From: a candidate division FCPU426 bacterium
Lineage (GTDB): Bacteria > Oederibacteriota > JAUXIB01
Reading direction: 5' to 3'
Assembly (NCBI GenBank): GCA_030621225.1
Contig: JAUXIB010000002.1
Location: 48 to 64,047, forward strand
DNA length: 64,000 nucleotides
Each line of letters starts with the position of its first letter. The stretch's first letter is position 1. Shown here piece by piece: positions 45,819 through 55,837 of this stretch. Position numbers and translations under genes: made by a program. The notes beneath the pieces were generated by a model. That model was not told where the DNA came from. It did not search any database and was given only the letters and a program-made list of their open reading frames with translations.

Positions 45819-47906
45819 TCAGGCTCTATTCTGTTTTTCCATGTTCTGGATATACTCGTATTCAAAGTACCAATCGAGCGTTTTGAATGAAACGTGTTTC
45901 AGGTTCATGATTGCAGTTTTCAAATCACTTGGGCTATTAACCTTGTCTAGAAGAATTAAGAACTGGGGAACGCTTAGAAACCAGCTTCTGAAGAACGGAA
46001 TCTTCTCTTGACTCCCAAGCAGTGAATATAGCTTAGAATACTTCTTTGAAAATTGCTCGCATCGCTCATTCAGCTTTTTGTATTTTCCTTCTCTCTCTTT
46101 TCCACTTCCAAATTTGCTATTCAGAAATAAAACAAGAAGTTGCCTGATAATTGTCCTATCCTGTAATGCTCCATAGTCTAAAAGCACTAATGATATTTTT
46201 TCGATTCTACGGCTATTCAGATGTAGCATTTCTCCCGACTTGAGAGTTAACTTCCCATCTCTAATTAGCGAATATTCGTGCCCAAGCATCTGATACTGTG
46301 AGTCCAAAAGGCTTTCCTTAACATCTAACAGTAGCTTCTCTGCGTCTCCACTGCGAGATTTCCTGGTAATGCTCTTCTTCTTGATTTCAATGAGACAGAT
46401 CAAATCATCAAACTCTATCGCGATATCAATCTCACCGTCTTCTCCATCAGAGTTCGTATACTCGCCACTGAGAACAGGGATGTTGCATTTGATTAGCCGG
46501 TTCTTTACGAAATTCTCAATAGGCTCTCCAAGTCTATTATCAAGACATTTAATGGCCGTTCTATAGTAGCAAAGGATAGCTTCTATAAGAGCATGGCAGC
46601 AATATGATGAGCAAGGAATCAACAGTTGGTTCTCACCTGTTAAGATGAACGGCTTGAAGAAGGCTTTGACACTTACGTAGTCGGCGGGAGATACAAAGCT
46701 AACGTTCGGTGGTGATTCATGGCAGAGAAGCCTAATAGCTGCATTAAACTTGGTGGGTGAAAGCTTACTCGCTCTTCCCTCCAATTCTTTTAAGTCAACT
46801 ATCTTCGGCATTTCTGACGATAAATACTCAGCCAATATACCGATAAGATATTGCCAGTCTGAATACGTTAGATCAAAGCTATCGTCTTCATAGTCCTTTA
46901 TCCACGAGAAGAGTTCCTCTACGAACAATGGCAGGTCGTCTAGTCTAACTTGGTATATCCGATAATTACTTTCAAGCAAACTCAATTCTGATAGCATCCG
47001 CACAGTGCCAATCCCGCTTTTCCATTCGGTCTCCCATGGAGTATATGGTTCAACATTCATACTAGATAGTAGTGCTGTCGAAAGGAGAATTAGGTCACTC
47101 CAAAGCTCTTGATGAGTACCTTCCTTCGCAGATCCTCTATCGGGAAAGCGAAGCGCAAGGTTAAACAGATATCCCCAAGGAACCGTTGGCTCCCGACGAC
47201 TTCCCAAGGAGTCAGTCAGTATTGGGAATTGGTACCTCTTAAGATTAGCGCTATATCTTCCGTTATCGCGCAAACACGAAAACATCTTTTCCAAGAACCT
47301 AACTCCGCCATATGCCTTCATCAAAACCGCAAGTTTGCAGCCTATCTTTTCGCATTCTGGTTTTTCTACCCACACATCACCATCTTCTATTCTATACTTT
47401 AGATTGAACCTGTCTTTGAGTATTAGGATTGATTTGCTTACTGCTGCCAACCGTGAATCCATAACTATTGCTGGCTTACTGTTTATCTCAGTATTAGATA
47501 ACCTTAGCTTATCTTTTAACAGTTCAAACGTGTTGACCAGAGGCTTTTGGCTAACGGTTTTGATCTTATCGTCCGCTGTAAATAGAGAGAATAACTGTTC
47601 GCACACCTTTACATACAACCACTCATCTTCCCTATTGATAATGCATCTAAGTTGAAACGACTTTCTAGCTCTTACTATCAGTGCTCTTGCCGATTCTCCT
47701 TCATCATCGCAGAAAGTCCGAACTATCTCTTCGTGTATCTTCTCAATAAGTTTCGGCTGCTGGTAGTTGCCGTTTTCGCAAGAATACCTTTTTCTAAGCT
47801 CTTTCAGTTGATTGTTGTCAAGGGGAGGAGTATCCCAGCCAATTTCGTTTATGGCATTCTTGAATGCATTCAATTTTTCATTGGTAATAATTATATCTTT
47901 GCTCAT
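45819..47906 (-). CDS. large hypothetical protein with a C-terminal PD-(D/E)xK nuclease signature
   Basis: 695 aa from ATG 47906. GEIDIAIEFDDLICLIEIKKK (DNA 46372-46443) gives D-x13-E-x-K. No other motif was recognised. It is the most AT-rich gene in the window. Confidence 0.75.
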   Translation of the reverse strand: MSKDIIITNEKLNAFKNAINEIGWDTPPLDNNQLKELRKRYSCENGNYQQPKLIEKIHEEIVRTFCDDEGESARALIVRARKSFQLRCIINREDEWLYVKVCEQLFSLFTADDKIKTVSQKPLVNTFELLKDKLRLSNTEINSKPAIVMDSRLAAVSKSILILKDRFNLKYRIEDGDVWVEKPECEKIGCKLAVLMKAYGGVRFLEKMFSCLRDNGRYSANLKRYQFPILTDSLGSRREPTVPWGYLFNLALRFPDRGSAKEGTHQELWSDLILLSTALLSSMNVEPYTPWETEWKSGIGTVRMLSELSLLESNYRIYQVRLDDLPLFVEELFSWIKDYEDDSFDLTYSDWQYLIGILAEYLSSEMPKIVDLKELEGRASKLSPTKFNAAIRLLCHESPPNVSFVSPADYVSVKAFFKPFILTGENQLLIPCSSYCCHALIEAILCYYRTAIKCLDNRLGEPIENFVKNRLIKCNIPVLSGEYTNSDGEDGEIDIAIEFDDLICLIEIKKKSITRKSRSGDAEKLLLDVKESLLDSQYQMLGHEYSLIRDGKLTLKSGEMLHLNSRRIEKISLVLLDYGALQDRTIIRQLLVLFLNSKFGSGKEREGKYKKLNERCEQFSKKYSKLYSLLGSQEKIPFFRSWFLSVPQFLILLDKVNSPSDLKTAIMNLKHVSFKTLDWYFEYEYIQNMEKQNRA

Positions 47907-48144
47907 GATAAGCCTAGTTACTGTTTGGTATATGATACAAAGGTCTAATAACAAATAAAGGTTATCTTCCTCCGCCCTTTGAGTCAACCCTGCAAAAGCA
48001 GAACCCTAGGGCAATTGTCCAGGATTCCATGCTTGTGACAAAAATGTGCCAACTAATTGGCACCAAACTGGTAAATCCGGCAAATCGTGTCAAGATCGGT
48101 AGGCGCAGACACAAGGAGGTCTACTGTTCTGATACTTTGATGCC

Positions 48145-48176
48145 AAAAAAAACAGGGGCGGCTCGCGAGCCGCCCC
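48145..48176 (-). terminator. rho-independent terminator of rpoD
   Basis: Minus strand reads GGGGCGGCTC-GC-GAGCCGCCCC followed by TGTTTTTTTT. Confidence 0.85.
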
Positions 48177-48281
48177 TACGAATACCCTTCATCACCCCCT
48201 CCACCCCTATAACTAAATCCTTCCTTCTTCCTTCCCCTCCCTGTACAGGTGAGGGGAGAGATTAAAAGGAAATAATTTTAT

Positions 48282-50030
48282 TTAATCCAAATATCCCCTC
48301 AGCTTGCGGCTGCGCGAGGGGTGCCTCAGTTTCCGCAGCGCCTTGGCCTCTATCTGGCGCACGCGTTCCCGGGTCACGTTGAAGATATTACCCACTTCCT
48401 CCAATGTGTGCGGATAGCCGTTCTTCAGGCCAAAACGCAAGGTCAATACCTCCGCCTCGCGCGCCTTGAGTGAGCTAAGCACTCTGACCAATTGCTCGCG
48501 CAGCAGGATATAAAAGGCGGCGTTCACCGGCGACTGCACCTCTTTGTCCTCGATAAAATCACCCAAATGGCTGTCGCGTTCCTCGCCGATCGGCGTCTCC
48601 AAAGAGATAGGCTCCTGGGCGATCTTGAGGATGCCGCGCACCTTTTCCACCGGCATTTCCATACGCTCGGCAATCTCCTCCGGCAAGGGCTCCCGTCCCA
48701 GCTCCTGGACTATCTGACGCGAGAACTTGATGGACTTATTAATTGTCTCGATCATATGCACCGGGATACGAATGGTACGCGCCTGGTCGGCAATGGCCCG
48801 CGTGATCGCCTGCCTGATCCACCAGGTGGCATAAGTAGAAAACTTGTACCCCCGCCGGTACTCAAACTTCTCCACGGCACGCATCAAGCCAATATTACCC
48901 TCTTGGATAAGATCCAGAAACTGCAGGCCCCGGTTGGTGTATTTTTTGGCTATAGAGATCACCAACCTAAGATTCGCCTCTACCAGCTCCATGCGCGCAC
49001 GATAAGTCTCGTTCTCCGCGGACTGCACGCGTTTATAGAGGCGTTTCAATCCATCGGCACTCATGCCGCTCTTACTGCATAACCCACGGATGGTCTTCCC
49101 TGATTCGCGCAGGCGCCGCTCCTGCTCCAGGATCTCTACTCCCCGCATGCCCGTCTTCTTTTCCACCGCGCGGGCGGTACGACCGCCCTGCTTGATACGC
49201 GCGGCCATTTTTCTCACCTCAGCAGTAATACAACCCAAACGGCGCTCGACATCCCGGCAACAGGCCTCCTGATCACGCACCCCGCGTGCCAGCCGCCTGA
49301 ATTCCTCCACGAACCCATCCGCGGTCTTTTCATCCATGCCGATTTTCTCAGCTTGAACCATGACGCGCGCGCGCAGGTCGAGTTGCCGTTTGACAACCTT
49401 GACCTTAGTCGCCTCGCGCAACTTCTTCTTCAGCATGCTGGTGTTCTTGTCCAGGCCCTTGTGCAACTTATTGATCCTGGTCATCGCTTTCTGCAGCCGC
49501 TTAGTCATCTCCGCACTCATCGCGATCGCTTCTTCCCCGCCGTCCTTGAAAACACCAGAGCCCTTACTGCGTTGAGCGATCAGCAACTTCGAATGGTCTT
49601 CAAGAATACCTATAACCGAATGGGAAACAAAGATCAACTCCAGCCTTTTCTTCCGTCCCTTCTCTATACGCTTAGCTATCGCCACTTCCTCTTCACGAGT
49701 GAGCAAATCCACCTTGCCCATCTCATGCAGATACATCTTCACCGAATCTTCCATGCGCGCTTCTACCGCGGGACTCTGGCGAGATGTCTTTATTACGCGT
49801 TCCTTTTTCAGCCTGACACTGGGTTCCTCGGCCCTGCCGCCGTCCACAATGCTGATATCCATCTCTCCCAGCTTGATCAGGATGTCGTCGATCTCCTCCG
49901 CCGAGACAAGGTCATCCGGCAAGAGATCGTTCACCTCTTCATAGCTAAGATACCCCTTGGCCTTGCCCATGGTGATAATCCTGTCTACCGCACTCTTGCG
50001 AGTATCCTTCTCTTCCACCGTATCCTCCAT
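48282..50030 (-). CDS. rpoD: RNA polymerase primary sigma factor (sigma70)
   Basis: 582 aa. [27 protein letters not shown] (region 2.3-2.4); region 4.2 [28 protein letters not shown]. Confidence 0.96.
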   Translation of the reverse strand: MEDTVEEKDTRKSAVDRIITMGKAKGYLSYEEVNDLLPDDLVSAEEIDDILIKLGEMDISIVDGGRAEEPSVRLKKERVIKTSRQSPAVEARMEDSVKMYLHEMGKVDLLTREEEVAIAKRIEKGRKKRLELIFVSHSVIGILEDHSKLLIAQRSKGSGVFKDGGEEAIAMSAEMTKRLQKAMTRINKLHKGLDKNTSMLKKKLREATKVKVVKRQLDLRARVMVQAEKIGMDEKTADGFVEEFRRLARGVRDQEACCRDVERRLGCITAEVRKMAARIKQGGRTARAVEKKTGMRGVEILEQERRLRESGKTIRGLCSKSGMSADGLKRLYKRVQSAENETYRARMELVEANLRLVISIAKKYTNRGLQFLDLIQEGNIGLMRAVEKFEYRRGYKFSTYATWWIRQAITRAIADQARTIRIPVHMIETINKSIKFSRQIVQELGREPLPEEIAERMEMPVEKVRGILKIAQEPISLETPIGEERDSHLGDFIEDKEVQSPVNAAFYILLREQLVRVLSSLKAREAEVLTLRFGLKNGYPHTLEEVGNIFNVTRERVRQIEAKALRKLRHPSRSRKLRGYLD

Positions 50031-50048
50031 GTTTTTATCACAGTGATC

Positions 50049-51842
50049 CTAAATCGGCTCCTTCTCCATCGACAGCTTCAAACAACGCATCTCCTCGGCA
50101 AGCTCCACCTGCCGTCTCTCGCCATCAACCCCTTGACCCTGCAGCTCCTTCATCTGCTGCCTAATAGCACTTGTTCTCTCCTTCAGGCCTTCCGACCTGA
50201 ATACACGCAAGTAATCGCTAACAGGCACGGGGTCTTCCCGTTCCGCCTTTGCCTCCGCATTCATATAATAGGAAAGAAAATAGCTGCGTTCCTCTTCCCC
50301 GGTCAAAATATCGAGAACAGCGGCCGGAGCTATCGCCCGTCCCGTATCCTCCTTGCTTATCTTCGCCACCTGCGCACCGCATACCTCCGGGGGCACACTA
50401 TATTTCTCCAATCCTGCCGCTATTTGCGCGCGCAGACTGGGGTCTATCAACATATGCGCCAACAGTTCCAAGCGGGTTCTGTCCAGCCGATCCAGCTTGC
50501 GCCGTTCTACAGGCTGGTCCTTTGCCCCGGACCCGGACCGCCGCGCCGGCGTCCTACTTCCCGCCACCCCTGTACGCAGCATGCTTTCCGATACCCCCGC
50601 CTTCTCCGCCAAATAATGGCGATGGACATCCCGCGAGACCGGGTCCGGTATTTTCTCCACCAGAGGCATCAACCGGCGCGCCAATTCCAGACGCTCATCC
50701 AGACTAAGCGGCCGCTTGCCGATCTCCTTTACGGAGAGATAATAATCGACCAGGTTTTGCCCCGTCGCCAGTAACTTCTGCAAGCTCTCGGCCCCGGCTT
50801 CACGCACGTAATCATCCGGGTCCTTACCCTGCGGCAGGCTTACCACCTTCGCCTCCAGCCCCGACTCTGCCGCCGTTTCAAAGGCGCGCATCGTGGCCTC
50901 TACGCCGGCCCGATCAGTATCAAAGACAAAGATCACCTGCCGGGTATAACGGTGCACTAATTTCGCCTGCTCGACCGTAAAAGCGGTTCCCAGTACAGCG
51001 GCAATATTAGGCACCCCCGCCTGCGCCACCATTAACAGATCAAAATAACCCTCTACGATGACCAGCTTATCCCGGTGACGAACCCCTTCGCGCGCAGCGT
51101 CCAGCCCGTATAACACCCGGCTCTTATGATAAAGCGGCGTCTCCGGTGAATTAAGATATTTCGGCTCAACTTCATCGTCCAAAGTTCGCCCGCCAAAAGC
51201 AACCACCTTACCATAGTGGTTACCGATGGGCATCATCAACCTGTTGCGAAAACGATCGTAATACCCCGACCCTTGTTTGCTCTTTAATACCAGACCGGCC
51301 TTCTCGGCGGCGGGTTCGGCCACACCCTGCCGCTTGAGCCTGGCTAATAACAGGTTTCCTTTGGCCGGGGCCAGCCCCAAACGAAAGCGCTTGATGATCT
51401 CGCCGCTGATGCCGCGATTGGTCAGATAAGCCCTGGCCGCCTGGCCCGAAGCACCCATCAACTGATCCTGGTAAAACTCTACAGCCAGCTCATTAAGGCT
51501 TAACAGGAGCTCACGCTCACGCGCCCGTGCGTCGTCCTCATCCCCGCCTACCTTTAATTCAATCCCCGCCCGCTTTGCCATACGCTGCAAGGCTTCGGGA
51601 AAAGTTATTCCTTCCAACTGCATTAAAAAGCTAAAGACGTTGCCGCCCTTCTGGCAGCCATAGCAAAAGTACACCTGCTTATCCGGATTAACGGAAAAAG
51701 ACGGCTTCTTTTCCTGATGAAAAGGGCAAAGGGCAGAGTAGTTTTTCCCCGCCTTCTTTAAAGACAGGTGCTCGCCGATAATATCGGCTATATCCACCCC
51801 TTCCCTGATCCTGTCGATGGTTTCCTGGCTTACTCTCGGCAT
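50049..51842 (-). CDS. dnaG: DNA primase
   Basis: Zinc ribbon CPFHQEKKPSFSVNPDKQVYFCYGC; Toprim VIVEGYFD. Start moved to ATG 51842 (MPRVSQETIDRI); the track's extra 26 aa are encoded by a repeat tract. Confidence 0.93.
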   Translation of the reverse strand: MPRVSQETIDRIREGVDIADIIGEHLSLKKAGKNYSALCPFHQEKKPSFSVNPDKQVYFCYGCQKGGNVFSFLMQLEGITFPEALQRMAKRAGIELKVGGDEDDARARERELLLSLNELAVEFYQDQLMGASGQAARAYLTNRGISGEIIKRFRLGLAPAKGNLLLARLKRQGVAEPAAEKAGLVLKSKQGSGYYDRFRNRLMMPIGNHYGKVVAFGGRTLDDEVEPKYLNSPETPLYHKSRVLYGLDAAREGVRHRDKLVIVEGYFDLLMVAQAGVPNIAAVLGTAFTVEQAKLVHRYTRQVIFVFDTDRAGVEATMRAFETAAESGLEAKVVSLPQGKDPDDYVREAGAESLQKLLATGQNLVDYYLSVKEIGKRPLSLDERLELARRLMPLVEKIPDPVSRDVHRHYLAEKAGVSESMLRTGVAGSRTPARRSGSGAKDQPVERRKLDRLDRTRLELLAHMLIDPSLRAQIAAGLEKYSVPPEVCGAQVAKISKEDTGRAIAPAAVLDILTGEEERSYFLSYYMNAEAKAEREDPVPVSDYLRVFRSEGLKERTSAIRQQMKELQGQGVDGERRQVELAEEMRCLKLSMEKEPI

Positions 51843-51962
51843 TAACGACTCTTTACCACAAAACGCGAATAAAAAATTCTGAATGCTGAAAGCTGAATTG
51901 AAGTTATATTCAGCACTCATAACTCATAATTCAGAATTCAAGCGGTATATTTTCGCAGATGC

Positions 51963-52409
51963 TCAGCCCGCCAGCAATTCCTTGACGATCTGGCCGACCA
52001 GCTTACCATCTGCCTGGCCGCGCAGCTTAGGCATCAACTCCGCCATTACCTTACCCATTTCCCTGGCTGAAGTGGCGCCGACCGCACTTACTGCCTCTTG
52101 GGCCAGCTTCCTCACCTCTTCCTCGGGAAGCGCCGCCGGAAGATATGACTGTATTATCGCCAACTCGTTCTCTTCCTGCTTGGCCGAATCCTCCCGCCCA
52201 CCCTGGCGGTACATCTCTATGGATTCACGCCGCTGCTTCACCAAACGAGAGAGTACTCCCACCACTTCTTCTTCCTTTAGTTTCTCCCCCCGCTTCTCCT
52301 TCTCAGCGTTCAGCAACGCGGCCAGGACCAGGCGTAAAGCGTCTGCCCTGGCCCGATCCCTACTCTTAATAGCTGCCGTGAGATCCTCTCGGACTTTTTC
52401 TAATGACAT
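51963..52409 (-). CDS. GatB/YqeY domain protein
   Basis: 148 aa. ALRLVLAALLNAEKE... and QSYLP motifs. Usual position between rpsU and dnaG. Confidence 0.85.
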   Translation of the reverse strand: MSLEKVREDLTAAIKSRDRARADALRLVLAALLNAEKEKRGEKLKEEEVVGVLSRLVKQRRESIEMYRQGGREDSAKQEENELAIIQSYLPAALPEEEVRKLAQEAVSAVGATSAREMGKVMAELMPKLRGQADGKLVGQIVKELLAG

Positions 52410-52411
52410 CT

Positions 52412-52600
52412 CTAAAACCTGCCTCTTTTGTTGATTTTCTTACGGGCCGCGATAGATTTCTTCTTTTTCTTGATACTCGGCTTATCGTAATGCTCTCTTC
52501 TCTTCAACTCGGCGATGATCCCGTCTTCCTGCACCTTCTTCTTAAAACGACGCAGTAGACCCTCTACGGCCTCGCCGTCACGCGCTCTGACTTCTGCCAA
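52412..52600 (-). CDS. rpsU: 30S ribosomal protein S21
   Basis: 62 aa. LRRFKKKVQEDGIIAELKRREHYDKPS. Confidence 0.93.
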   Translation of the reverse strand: MAEVRARDGEAVEGLLRRFKKKVQEDGIIAELKRREHYDKPSIKKKKKSIAARKKINKRGRF

Positions 52601-52673
52601 TTTAATATCACCTCGATTCTAGTAGCTAACAACAGCTATTAATCTTTCCAACCTGTAGAATGATTGGTGCTGC

Positions 52674-52701
52674 ATTCTAACACCTATTTTTTACTTGTCA
52701 A
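52674..52701 (-). promoter_or_regulatory. sigma70 promoter TTGACA-16-TGtTAGAAT for rpsU-yqeY-dnaG-rpoD
   Basis: rc TTGACA at 52701-52696; extended -10 TGTTAGAAT ending at 52674. Confidence 0.6.
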
Positions 52702-52837
52702 GGGGCAGAGGCAAAAATACTGTTTTTGCCCCGTACAGCGTACAGAGTACAGCGTATAGCGTTCGATCAGGAAAACAATCCCAGCCGATGTCGTTACACC
52801 CCAGAGAGTAATAACCAGGATTACGCTTGGCGTAATC

Positions 52838-53176
52838 CTAGCCCGGCGGCCAAGTCAGCGGTCTGCCACCCAGTAAATGCAGGTGTAGATGCGGCACTGT
52901 CTGGCCGCCTTCCTCGCCACAGTTAATTACCAGGCGGTAGCCCCGCTCAGCCAGGCCTTTTTCCTCCGCCAATAACACCGCCATAGCAAAAACTTCCTCC
53001 AAAACCCCTTTCCCCACCGCCTCAGACATGTCCTGTATGTGCTCGGCAGGGATTATCAACAGGTGCACAGGCGCCTGTGGGTTGATATCCTCAATCGCCA
53101 GGCAATTCCCCTCCTTTTTCACCAGCTTTGCTTCCATTTCGCCGGAAGCGATCTTGCAAAAAATACAGTCGTTCAT
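52838..53176 (-). CDS. HIT-family (histidine triad) nucleotide hydrolase
   Basis: CIFCKI and HLHLHLLGG motifs. Start at ATG 53176 (SD AAGGAG); the track's upstream 26 aa are repeat-encoded. Confidence 0.88.
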   Translation of the reverse strand: MNDCIFCKIASGEMEAKLVKKEGNCLAIEDINPQAPVHLLIIPAEHIQDMSEAVGKGVLEEVFAMAVLLAEEKGLAERGYRLVINCGEEGGQTVPHLHLHLLGGRPLTWPPG

Positions 53177-53190
53177 GGATATCTCCTTAT

Positions 53191-53270
53191 CGTTGCTGGT
53201 TGCTCGTTGCTCGTTGCTCGATACCTGCTTCAAATCAGCACTAGCGACCAGCAACTAGCAACTAGCAACT
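53191..53270. repeat. heptad-periodic dyad element overlapping the mtaB stop
   Basis: GTTGCTG GTTGCTC GTTGCTC GTTGCTC (53192-53219) ... AGCGACC AGCAACT AGCAACT AGCAACT (53243-53270). The arms are reverse-complementary in register. The TAG stop is at 53262-53264. Confidence 0.65.
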
Positions 53271-54596
53271 GCGTTCCGCTACTAACATGTCCTCCACCAA
53301 CCCCGTCACTCGCACCTGATAAAGCCCACCCACTTCTAACTTGCTTCCCTGCACCTCCACCTCGGCGTAATTATCCGCCCTGCCCCGGTAACGCCCCGGG
53401 ACCAAGCGTTTCTCGATCAGCACGTCCAACTCCCGCCCAACCATTGCCCGCAACCGCTCACGCCGCACTTTACCGGTCACCTCCAGCAGTCGGCGCATGC
53501 GCTCCTTCTTCACGCTATGCGGCACCTGGCCGGGGAAATCCGCCGCCGCCGTACCGGGCCGTGGCGAATAACGAAAGGCATGCACTTTTAGGAACCCGCA
53601 TTTTTTCACCAGCGAAATCGTCAATTGGAAATCCTTTTCGCTCTCCCCAGGAAACCCGACCATCACGTCACTGCTGACCTCCAGTCCTGCTCGCGCGGCG
53701 CGTAATTCCCGTAAAAGCTGAAAATATTCTCGACGACCGTAGTCACGGCGCATAGCCTTTAGCACACCTGAACTGCCGCTTTGCACGGGCAGGTGCAAAT
53801 GAGGACAAAGCCTATGCTCAATGCCAACAAGTCTGATTAATTCCCGGCTGATATCCCCTGGTTCTATGGAACTAAGACGTAACCTCAGCTCCGGACAAGC
53901 AACCAAGATATCCTTTACCAGGCCAGCCAGACCGCCGGATATTTTACGCCCCTTGCCGTAAGCGCCCAGGCGTATGCCGCTGAGCACTAACTCACGGTGT
54001 CCACTCGCGGCCAGCCGACGCGCTTCGGCGACTACCTGCCGCACCGTCCGGCTGCGTTCCCGGCCCCTTTGCAAAGGCACCACACAATAGGCGCATTTGT
54101 GATCACATCCGGTTTGCACTAACATTAGCGCCCGTTGCCGGCCAGTAAAGGCACCGATGCCTCCTAGCGAGGAAACATCCGCACGACCGAGCCGGCGCAT
54201 GATCAACGTGGGCAGCCGATGTTTATCCTTAGCCCGCACCACCAGATCCGCGCCCAGTTCCTCCACATGCGGCGGCAGGCATCCCACCAGCACTAACAAT
54301 TTCACGCCCTGCCGCCGCTCACGACGCAGCGCCTGCCGCGCGCGGCGATCCGCCTCGGCGGTAACGGTACAGGCGTTTATCACACAAACATCGGCTTGCC
54401 GGCCGTCTGCCGCCAAGCGCCAACCAGCCCGCGTAAAACTTTCAAGCAACAACTGACTGTCGTACTGGTTTACTTTGCAACCGAAGGTTTTGATGCGTAG
54501 CGTTCCCGCGCCAGGGACCCGGGATCCGGGGCTTCCGCCTTCGTCACAGCTACGGCGGCCAGGCGGGACTCGACGCTTCCGATCAGGCGAGCTCAT
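53262..54596 (-). CDS. mtaB: radical-SAM methylthiotransferase, MtaB-like
   Basis: IKTFGCKVNQYDS N-terminal cluster, GCDHKCAYC radical SAM cluster, C-terminal TRAM-like domain. Confidence 0.8.
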   Translation of the reverse strand: MSSPDRKRRVPPGRRSCDEGGSPGSRVPGAGTLRIKTFGCKVNQYDSQLLLESFTRAGWRLAADGRQADVCVINACTVTAEADRRARQALRRERRQGVKLLVLVGCLPPHVEELGADLVVRAKDKHRLPTLIMRRLGRADVSSLGGIGAFTGRQRALMLVQTGCDHKCAYCVVPLQRGRERSRTVRQVVAEARRLAASGHRELVLSGIRLGAYGKGRKISGGLAGLVKDILVACPELRLRLSSIEPGDISRELIRLVGIEHRLCPHLHLPVQSGSSGVLKAMRRDYGRREYFQLLRELRAARAGLEVSSDVMVGFPGESEKDFQLTISLVKKCGFLKVHAFRYSPRPGTAAADFPGQVPHSVKKERMRRLLEVTGKVRRERLRAMVGRELDVLIEKRLVPGRYRGRADNYAEVEVQGSKLEVGGLYQVRVTGLVEDMLVAERSC

Positions 54597-55746
54597 GCAC
54601 CCCTCTACTCACCGCGAAGGTATGCACCTTTAGATTCATATTCATCCGCCGGTGGTAAGCCTCTTTCAGGCAGGCGACGAAATCTCCGGCCTGCTCCTTG
54701 TTTACCAGATTAAGCGTCGCACCGCCTTGTCCGGGGCCAAACATCCGCGCGCCGAGAAAACCAGGGGCCGTCTTCGCCGATTCCACCAAAAAATCCAACT
54801 CGGGGTGGCTGATACGAAAATCCTTAGATAAACTAGCGTGCGATTCACTAAGCAGTTTACCGAAAGCAACGAAATCATCCTTGAGCGACAGTTTGCGCGC
54901 CCGGTCGATACGGTCAAACTCAGAAGCCACGTGGCGGCAGGCGCGGCTAAGCGGCACAGGAACTTTCAGCCGATGCTTATCCACGATCTCGGGCGTCAAA
55001 TCACGCAGCGTCTTTATCCCCGGAGAAAACCGGGCGAACTTCTCCAACCCCTTCTCCGCCTGCTCCAGCCGCTGTGCTGACGGGGGCTCCTGCCTGGCCT
55101 CGCGCACACTGCTCTGCGCGATAACCAGGGACACTTGCGACGAAAACTCCAGGCTCTGCCGGCTAGCGTCGGCGTGATCATAAAGCAGCAGGCTATCCGC
55201 CTCGGCCAAGCCAATAGTCAAGCTGTCCAATAATCCGACGGGCTGTTTTAAAAACTTGGTTTCCGCGGTATGGCAAAGGCGGTAGATCGCCTCTCCATCA
55301 CGCCCCGCGCGCCCCAAAAGATAGCAAAAATAGGCGGTGGCCACACAAAGCGCGGTGGAAGAGGCCAATCCCGCCCCTTCCGGCAGGTCCGCGTCCACCA
55401 CCATATTAAGCCCCGGCAGTTTGGCGCCGCTACGCTCCAGATAATATAACACACCCTTGGGGAAATTAGCCCAACCGTGCTCCGCGTCAAAAACCATGCT
55501 GTTCAAAGAAAAAGTGATGCGCTCATCATACTGCTGGGCGTAGAGATTCACCTCGCGGTCAGGGCGCCTCTGCGCAACAACGTAGATATATCCCCCCACC
55601 GCCGCGCTAAGGGACAAACCCGGCACCGCGCTGATCTGCTCCCCCAATAACGTCACCCTTCCCGGAGCGGCAATGACGTTAATCTTTTCTCCGCTGTCAA
55701 TAAACTGCGCGCGGTATAATTGCTTTAGCTCATCAACTGTTTTCAT
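54583..55746 (-). CDS. GHMP-family sugar kinase, galactokinase-like
   Basis: PEGAGLASSTAL (GHMP motif II), GARMFGPGQGG (motif III). The N-terminal signature is divergent (GRVTLLGEQISA instead of GRxNLIGEHxDY). Start at ATG 55746 (SD GAGGTGG). Confidence 0.7.
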   Translation of the reverse strand: MKTVDELKQLYRAQFIDSGEKINVIAAPGRVTLLGEQISAVPGLSLSAAVGGYIYVVAQRRPDREVNLYAQQYDERITFSLNSMVFDAEHGWANFPKGVLYYLERSGAKLPGLNMVVDADLPEGAGLASSTALCVATAYFCYLLGRAGRDGEAIYRLCHTAETKFLKQPVGLLDSLTIGLAEADSLLLYDHADASRQSLEFSSQVSLVIAQSSVREARQEPPSAQRLEQAEKGLEKFARFSPGIKTLRDLTPEIVDKHRLKVPVPLSRACRHVASEFDRIDRARKLSLKDDFVAFGKLLSESHASLSKDFRISHPELDFLVESAKTAPGFLGARMFGPGQGGATLNLVNKEQAGDFVACLKEAYHRRMNMNLKVHTFAVSRGVHELA

Positions 55747-55837
55747 ATCAACCACCTCGTGCCACTTTATCTTAGTCAAAAACCACCCATTTCGGCGTTT
55801 GACCTTAGACCTTAGACGTGCGATGTTTGACTTTCCA

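Noticed and set aside
42115-48052. Shared AAATGTGCCA at 42115-42124 and 48043-48052 as island att-type direct repeats.
   Set aside because: Only a 10-nt match with no extension. That is roughly what chance allows between two ~300-bp regions. The right copy is part of a local palindrome, GTGCCAA-CTAA-TTGGCAC.
49353-50774. 473-aa plus-strand ORF.
   Set aside because: It is antisense to rpoD and dnaG, which have unambiguous motifs. Its composition is low-complexity and Leu/Arg/His-rich, typical of a shadow ORF.
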